Source of the DNA: Trichoplax sp. H2 | Taxonomy: Eukaryota | Assembly: GCA_003344405.1 (NCBI GenBank) | Contig: NOWV01000242.1 | Coordinates: 62,001 to 94,042 of the forward strand | Direction of reading: 5' to 3' | DNA length: 32,042 bases | Part shown: piece by piece, positions 24,675-32,042 of the stretch | How positions within the stretch are numbered: position 1 is the first letter of the stretch | How the letters are laid out: every line of letters starts with the position of its first letter | The notes under the pieces: generated by a model | Databases searched by the model: none | What the model saw: the letters and a program-made list of their open reading frames with translations, nothing else | Told to the model about the DNA's origin: nothing | Made by a program: the position numbers and the translations under genes

Positions 24675-25174
24675 ATGAACATTAAATTGGCCTTGATAGC
24701 GTCGCTGTTTCTCTTTGCGGTGGCAAATGCTACCGAAGAAAATTACTCTGAATTCGAAAATCAATTAAAGGAAGAAGATGCAACCGATGATGCAACTCTC
24801 GTGGATAAAGATGAAGGCGATGAAGATGATGAGACTGAGCAGCCAGTGGATATGATTGATGCTGATAAGGACCGCGAAGAGCTTGAAACACCAATGAAAA
24901 AATCGGTTAGTGTTTAGTATGCATTAATTGCTATAGCTTTTGTATCCCGTGACTAGTAAGTAATTTGCCTGCTTTTGAATATATTCCACTATTGTTATTA
25001 ATATGAATTTTTATTACTGAATATTTTGGCATTTCTCAACTTAATGCCTATTTCTAAATTAAAATATAGTTCTGGTGGCGCCGTCGTCGTCGTCGTCGTC
25101 ATGATCGTCGTCGAGTTATCATTATTCCTCAACGTCCATTTTGGCGTCGTCGCAGCCATTTTCATGTACCATAA
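24675..25174 (+). CDS. Secreted prepropeptide 2 (111 aa): signal peptide, very acidic propiece and Trp/Arg-rich C-terminal peptide; candidate antimicrobial peptide precursor
   Basis: Exon 24675-24905 (MNIKLALIASLFLFAVANA signal with AxA site; 58-aa propiece with 25 D/E ending PMKKS) ends TCG|GTTAGT. Exon 25070-25174 follows ...aaaatatag and encodes FWWRRRRRRRHDRRRVIIIPQRPFWRRRSHFHVP*; it is a GC-rich island in AT-rich DNA. The join is phase 0. A 5'-UTR acceptor lies at 24660 and AATAAA at 25476. Confidence 0.85.
25082..25099 (+). repeat. (CGT)6 trinucleotide repeat encoding poly-Arg
   Basis: CGC(CGT)6 in the last exon of prepropeptide 2. Confidence 0.9.
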
Positions 25175-27405
25175 AACGTTTAGAATGCAGACAAGATAAG
25201 GTTACTTCGTACTCCCCTTAATAATATGTAAAGTGCAGGTAGTTCATAGTAGCATTAGAGACAGCATATTTACCTTATGCAAAACTAGATAGATAATTGT
25301 TATTACTTATGAGGATTTATGTCAAAGTAGAATATACAAAATTCTGCACGCGTAATTCATAAATAGGCGAAATTGAAATACCTATGTCTAAAAATGCAGA
25401 TATTGGCCATACTATTTTATGTATTTTTATCAATATTTTATAATTTACGCAACCGTTATCTTTGTTTGATTGAGAAATAAATCTTTAAAATTTAAATTTC
25501 TTGGATCAATCATTGATATTGAGGAAAGTGAACAATTTAAATTCCATTGCTTTAGAGATGTTTAAATTTAGTAATGGCTCTATGGTCTCATAGATACGCT
25601 TTCAAATAAACGCATTTAGCTGCAATAAATAGTACATGCCGTGATGATATACCGTAGTATTTATTGAGCGATATCATTAATAATCCGGGATAATATTGAG
25701 ATTATAGTGTCCTCATTTTTGTTAGTAACCAATTAATCATGAAAGACCTAACAATAACTATTGAGAAGGTTAACTGTCAACAAATTCATAGAATGCTTAG
25801 GCTTACATTAATCATAATTTACATATATTTAAGTTGATTATAGTCATTAGAAAATATAAAAATTTGTCGATGAATAGTCATGTTATTAACGCTTGAAACA
25901 AACGCTATTGTTATGAGAAAGTAAACTATGTTCAACTAGATCTTAATAACATTATATTTTGATTCTTTACTGAGAATAAATTACATCAGATGTGCGCAAA
26001 GATGAAAAAGTAAAACATTTCGTGAATAAGAATGCATCATTTTAACTTATCAAAAGACCGAACTCTCCATTAGAAAGGTTTCTTTTGGCACATAACTATA
26101 AATGCTGTAATTCTAAATATGAAAGCTTGACTTTAATTTATTACTACTAAGGATGATATTTAGTTATGATTTAAATTCTTACCAATGATAAAGACAGCCT
26201 TAAGAGATCGTGAATAACTCACAAAAAATTACCATTCCCGGATTGATGTTATTTTCTCCTTTCGACTACCGTATGGCATTAAACAATTTACAAGTTGATT
26301 AGATTTGTAAACCTATCAATATTGCAATGCAATATCAATACCAGAATCAGTGTTCATTTTAGTTAGGAGAATTTCTTCATATTATTTATAACGAAATGTA
26401 TACTCCGTAAACAAGTAATGTTAAGAGTAAATAGTGCTAAATGTGTGCAAGTCTTAGCGTATCCTCTAATAGAGTTTACTACACAAATAAACGTAAATTA
26501 CTGCATTTGTTCTATGCATACGAGTACAAACTACGCGAATCCTTTCTTTATTAATTATTTGAATTGTATTCCGAATTTTTTCTAAATAATAGGTTAGTAA
26601 AGCTCAACAGAAAATTTATATATTCTTCTAGAACTATTTGTGCTACGCTTCTTATGATTACATTTGCTAACAGCAATGTATGCGGTATTAAAATTTGCAA
26701 ATATATTGCTATTTTAACATTCTAACTGTAAAATAATAAAAGCTGCATAAATCAGGGCATGAAATATTTGATGATAATAGTTACTATAAACTTTAATGAA
26801 TGCATTATATCCAAAGTCTAGTAATAATCTATTTACTATAGCTAAATTTCATTTATATGGTACATTGTTCTTCCATTTGTATACAATCTGCATCATCTGG
26901 ACGAAAATTAATTATTCCATAGTATAATACGATCTGGTTAACTTTTTCCCCAATAAATGTAATGAAAGGCATAATTAGGGCTGTACGTCAAGAACAACAA
27001 CTCCATGCTTAAGCATCTCTTTTATTTTCTTTCACTTGAATTAATGTTACTAAACTTTCTATACCGAATGTACCGCAATTAATATGATTAAAGGATATTC
27101 GTGGAAGTATAGGCAGTTTGAGACTTGTCAAGTTCATTAACGTCAAGACCATGATTAGCGTTTATATTTTTGATCTGTGGTACGATCATACAATGATGAA
27201 TGGTCAGCATTTTATTCTTGTATTCACAAATTAATTTCCCCGGCGTATAACTCAAAACACTTGCAGACTTTACCACAGGGTAAATTGGACAAAGAAGTTT
27301 GGCTCCAATACCAGTTCAATGTCTTTAATTTACTGAATAACTTTAACTATTTAACGAAGACCGTAACGATTATCTCGAATTCAAGATTAAGTTCCAGAAT
27401 TAACC

Positions 27406-28350
27406 ATGGCTTATATTTTTTTGGCTGCAGTAGGAGGATTTGGCGCTTTATTATGTTTTTCTCTAGTGATATTTACGTTAAGCCGCCGCCAGCTACGGTC
27501 ACCAAGTTATGCTTCCTTTATAAGCTTATGTACTAATGGGATACTCTTTGGTAGTTTGTATTTAATGCCAAGGTATGGCACAGATTTTTCTCGTGATACT
27601 CCTGTAATTTGCCATATGTTACCACGATTAGGTCAAGCACTTTTACTTAATGTTGGTCTCCACGTTTCTGTAATGACTATTGAACGATATTTCGCTATCG
27701 TATATCCATTCAAATACCAACGATTTATAACTAGAGGAACTGTAATGGTTATCATCTTATTTTTATGGTTTCTGGTTATTGGCTTGCAAGCAATTGTTAG
27801 TGGACTCGAATTCATTCAAATTAATCAGACAGTTGCTAATAAATGTGCTTATAGTAGAGGATTCGAAAACACCAGCAATCTTATTAATGCCGGATTTAGC
27901 GTTGCATTAAGCTGCTTAACGCTAATCATCTTAATTTACGTATATACACTTGTTTTAATCATCATAAGACGCCACCAAGACAAGATTCGTCGGCAACTTA
28001 CTCTATCGAATCCAGATAAAATAGCAGTTAAAACTCGTAAAAAAGCAGTATTACAAACTGGTTTGCTTTTTGGTGTTTACTTGGTCTTCTTTTTACCTTT
28101 TCTTTTTGTGACTGCTTTTTTACCTCGTTTGCCATTCAGCAAGCCGTTATATTATTTTTATATCAACGTTTTGCGAAATATGGCGTTCATTTTTCCGTTT
28201 ATTCAACCCTTGTTATATTTAAAATTTACGGCTAATATTAACAGAGAGTTAAAAAGCATTCTAGGAAATCTTTCAGTACATAAAAGTGCTGCTAGTAATC
28301 CGAATATTGCTATACTTACTTTTGAAAAATCGATAGGTATGCAGATATAG
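27406..28350 (+). CDS. Orphan rhodopsin-like (class A) G protein-coupled receptor, 314 aa, intronless 7TM region
   Basis: Seven hydrophobic segments. TM3/ICL2 VMTIERYFAIVYPFKY, Cys at the top of TM3 (VICH) and in ECL2 (NKCA), TM4 Trp (LFLW), basic ICL3, TM6 FFLPF, TM7 QPLLY. Confidence 0.92.
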   Translation: MAYIFLAAVGGFGALLCFSLVIFTLSRRQLRSPSYASFISLCTNGILFGSLYLMPRYGTDFSRDTPVICHMLPRLGQALLLNVGLHVSVMTIERYFAIVYPFKYQRFITRGTVMVIILFLWFLVIGLQAIVSGLEFIQINQTVANKCAYSRGFENTSNLINAGFSVALSCLTLIILIYVYTLVLIIIRRHQDKIRRQLTLSNPDKIAVKTRKKAVLQTGLLFGVYLVFFLPFLFVTAFLPRLPFSKPLYYFYINVLRNMAFIFPFIQPLLYLKFTANINRELKSILGNLSVHKSAASNPNIAILTFEKSIGMQI

Positions 28351-31300
28351 CAAGATTTAAAACCGTACGTGATCATGTACTTGGGTGTAGGATTGAACAA
28401 CTATTCTGTGCCTATTTTATTTCTTAGCAACATAGTTACAAGCAGTTTCAGATAGATTGGTCTATTTTGCTGTCTTTATTACTCAAGATAGAATAATATC
28501 TGTTGGGTTTGGATTAGCAAGACTGATCTAAATAGTCACTACCGAGTACAGCCAATAATTGTATGATTACTGATACATTGATATACTTTTGCGCATTTAT
28601 AATATAGTTTAAAATTTTTAAATGGCTTATTCGATATCGATATAGTTTCTTAAGTACTCTTATATGTACACAATCCATAACTGTAGATAAAAGTTACGGT
28701 AGCCAATTCAAAATTATCCAAGATAAGTTCAAGCTCGCGAGAATCTCGTAGACTATTAGTAGTAGGCGTAATTAAATTTTAAATTATCTATCCCTGGTAG
28801 TACACACGGTGCCGCAAATGTACTAAGATTTTGTAGTAATTTGGTACTATACCGCTTTATACACGTACAGTATATCCTTATTAAACTCGTCATTTTATTG
28901 AATAATGATTACCGTGGCATTAATAGAGGAAATTGAGAATTTACTCTTTTCTATAGGCGACAGAAACTGAAATAACTGAAATGAAGTAGTTTCTTTGTTT
29001 ACTATTAATTATTACTAATTTACTATCCTAAGAAGTGAAAAATGCTACTATATCTGTAATTAAGTCAATTGATGCAAATGAAATAAAGACAGTGCATTCG
29101 CACCTCCTGCTAAGATATATTGATACAGATGGATTTTCTGAACATAATCTACTGGTATAAAATAATTATTGAATCATAATATCCCATATATAGAATAAAA
29201 CTAATAGACGCATATCCTTTTACCTATCTGAGATATTATTGAAGTTTCGTTATTAACTTAAAATTATGGATAGTACCATAATAGACTCCATGAAATGATC
29301 AAGATCGAACACGTAGGATATTTACAGAGCATGCATTCATATAACTTAAACAATTAATAAGCTATGGTATATTATAGGCTGTTATCATCACAACGTTATA
29401 TTGACTATCTGCCATTTTTTTCCTATCAGTAGAGTTGTTAGATGGATTATTTATAAGAATTATAAGAATAAAGTATTTTACTGTCTCTTCATTAAAAATG
29501 TGTTTACATATATCGGTTCAAGTAGGTAAGATTACTCCAATCGTATATAATTTCATAAATCACAACTCATGGTATGCTATGATGTAAATTAGACGTATTT
29601 TCGTGCTTTACTATCCATGACATAAAGCCAAGTTATCCTAACATTCTCATAATTAATTGTGAATTGTAATTTTTCGCAACTAGATCTATCTTAATATCAA
29701 AATGACTTAAAGATCTTATACGCATATAGCAAGTTGTGATATAACTGATCATGAAAATCCAAAAGTTATAGAAAATTAAAACTTTATTAGATCTTTATAC
29801 AAATATAATCTACGCACGCCTCTACTCTAGCTGAATATAACTACTAAACACTTCTAGAAAGAACTAATAGAATAATCTAAGCTGCCAGCTCGTATACTTT
29901 TGGTAACATTTACAACGACAATCAGCATAGTTGCAACATTCTACCATATTTTATAGATATTCAGATTATTACTAGTGACACCATTTTAAAGCGGATCATC
30001 ATCAATCCAATGTTGAAACTACTAAAGTATTTACGTACGCATAATTTTTACTAGTTAGAGTACGATAAACTAGCCATATCATAATATATGAGTATGAATT
30101 ACAGTTCTATTTTTACCTCTAACCTCAATAGTAACTCGAAACCCTACTGTACAGTGTATAATCATCTGTACTCTAGCGTAGAATCTTTCATTACAGTCCA
30201 TGCTTATGAACTACTAAATATGTATTAAGTATTAAGAAAAAATATCGAAAGTCACGCTACCGTATATCATACTAAACATGGCTAATAGTCTACAATCCCA
30301 ATACAAAGTTACGTTACAGGCAACTATGAAGATTTTACTTCCATATCCGGCTTCAATAATTATCATTGCACTAAAAGCTTGAGCTCATAGGATCATGATG
30401 TGATTGTTATATTACTATAGAATTAAATATTAATTTGTTGAAATTTTATTTGTTGACACCTGGATACTAATGTAAACATAGCTATCGAATGATCAAAGGC
30501 ATAAATTAACTAAAATTAGCTTTGTAATACCCGTTGTAAAAGAGATACAGTTAAATTTTACTTAGTCTACGTTGATCAGATTGCCAAATTTTATAAGTAT
30601 ATACGTATTTTGACGATACTTCATTATCCTGAACGTAAGTCTATTCTACATAGGCAAGTGGCTTGTTAATCTTAGTAGAGCGATAGGAATGTGGCCATTT
30701 CTAGAGATTATTAAAACAACATTAGACGAATCCTTATATATCATAGGATATTATATGTAGCCATCTAGAATGGATACTTACGTAACATCGACACACAATT
30801 GTTAATCCAATCATATTTGAACTCATTATTTTAATATTGCTCTCAGGCAGATTAGACTGACTTGACAAATAAATAGGATATTTTGGTAGAGCAAGATACT
30901 CAAGCCATTTTACTTCGTACTTGAATTGATCGTATAATAGAATAATTATAAAAGAATGAATTTTTGGCTGATCTTGATCGCGTCTTACTTCTCTTGATAA
31001 TTACTTACGCTGCTAAGATCATTTTGAATTCAAAAATCAAGTAACGAAAAAGAAAACATAATTAAAGTTAGCGATGTTGGCGATAAGAGTGTAGTAAGAC
31101 AGTGAAATATCGTATTCTAAGTTGATAATATATTTAGTAATGTCTACCGTAGATATTGCGTTTATTTACACGTAGGTATTGTGTTCAACGTGTAATAGAT
31201 ATTTCGTTATAGGCTTAAGTATTAAATACGAATATAGCTAGCTTAGTAACTGTATCGTTTTGAAGAGAACTACTACAGTGCTCACACTAGAGCTTCACAT

Positions 31301-32042
31301 GAAAGGTGTAAATGATTCTGTATTTAAGATGCTAATAATGAAGTGTGTAGTAAGTAAGGTGCTAAGATTGTTAAGGCGGAAAAGCATATAAGCGAGTAGT
31401 TTAGTACAATAAAATACTTCTTTCTCGTTAGTGATCCTCAGCTGATCGATTACGTTGTATCTTTGCAAACAAGGTTTTTTTCAATAAACCTTAATTTTCG
31501 AAAGGTTTGAAGATTCTTGATCTATCAACCTCACAAGTGTATATGAGTGTATATGAAGTCGAACAACAGGATCAAGACGCTAATATTGAAGAACTAGAAA
31601 AAGTCGCATCTTCTATAAAATAGATGGTTAGTATTAGAGTGCCATAGCTGTTATATTGTTGATATGAATCTACTAATCTATAAGCCCATGAGTGAAATGC
31701 AGTATCTGATGTTTGTATGCTTATAAAGTCTGGCAGTCAATTATTAGTTAAAAAAGTTCCAATATTAAATCCGGTTCTATTGCCTATCAATGGAACTATG
31801 TTCAATATTACTATAGTAACTTATGTCGTATTTCTGATATGCCTTGCCTTGCCTCAGGCCTATAATCTCAGACAATTTGAAGCGAATAATTTAGCGCATT
31901 GCATTATTATAACTGTACAGGATTGAAGGCTGTAAAATTTCAGACTCACTCTTTTAATGCTATATCCTGTACCATTATTAATGCAGTTTTTATACTATAC
32001 TATAACTTATACTACGTTATATGATATTTTCGACAAGTCTTG

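Noticed and set aside
27280..27336. In-frame segment VNWTKKFGSNTSS with two N-glycosylation sequons upstream of the GPCR
   Set aside because: It is separated from the GPCR ORF by four in-frame stops and begins at a donor-like GTAAAT, so it is more likely intronic or UTR.
31495..31623. Short frame containing LRR-like LKILDLS and an acidic stretch
   Set aside because: Single motif bounded by stops, with no supporting splice structure or further repeats.

Overview
AT-rich, intron-rich animal genomic DNA. Gene content and style (intronless 42-aa TPR gene, short GT-AG introns, divergent intronless class A GPCR) suggest a placozoan such as Trichoplax; this is inference. In order: a TPR-repeat gene (+, 52-1983); a complete 13-exon ERCC5/XPG (-, 2888-7716, 876 aa); a palindromic (TACTG/CAGTA)n promoter tract; a two-exon basic 71-aa microprotein absent from the ORF track (+, 8812-9250); a complete 20-exon EFHC2 (-, 11288-16768, 751 aa) with two X-box-like sites and a forkhead site upstream; short local duplications; two small secreted prepropeptide genes (+, 19300-19905 and 24675-25174); an orphan rhodopsin-like GPCR (+, 27406-28350). 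The most interesting signal is the pair of prepropeptide genes. Both have a signal peptide plus a strongly acidic propiece in one exon and a phase-0 intron immediately before a cationic C-terminal exon. The two cationic peptides are unrelated: an amphipathic Lys-rich helix (GWGMDRLMAYVHKLSNLFKSKMKKK) and a Trp/Arg-rich peptide (FWWRRRRRRRHDRRRVIIIPQRPFWRRRSHFHVP). This looks like an exon-modular host-defence (antimicrobial) peptide locus. All exon structures were assembled by hand from splice signals and reading-frame continuity, without expression data.
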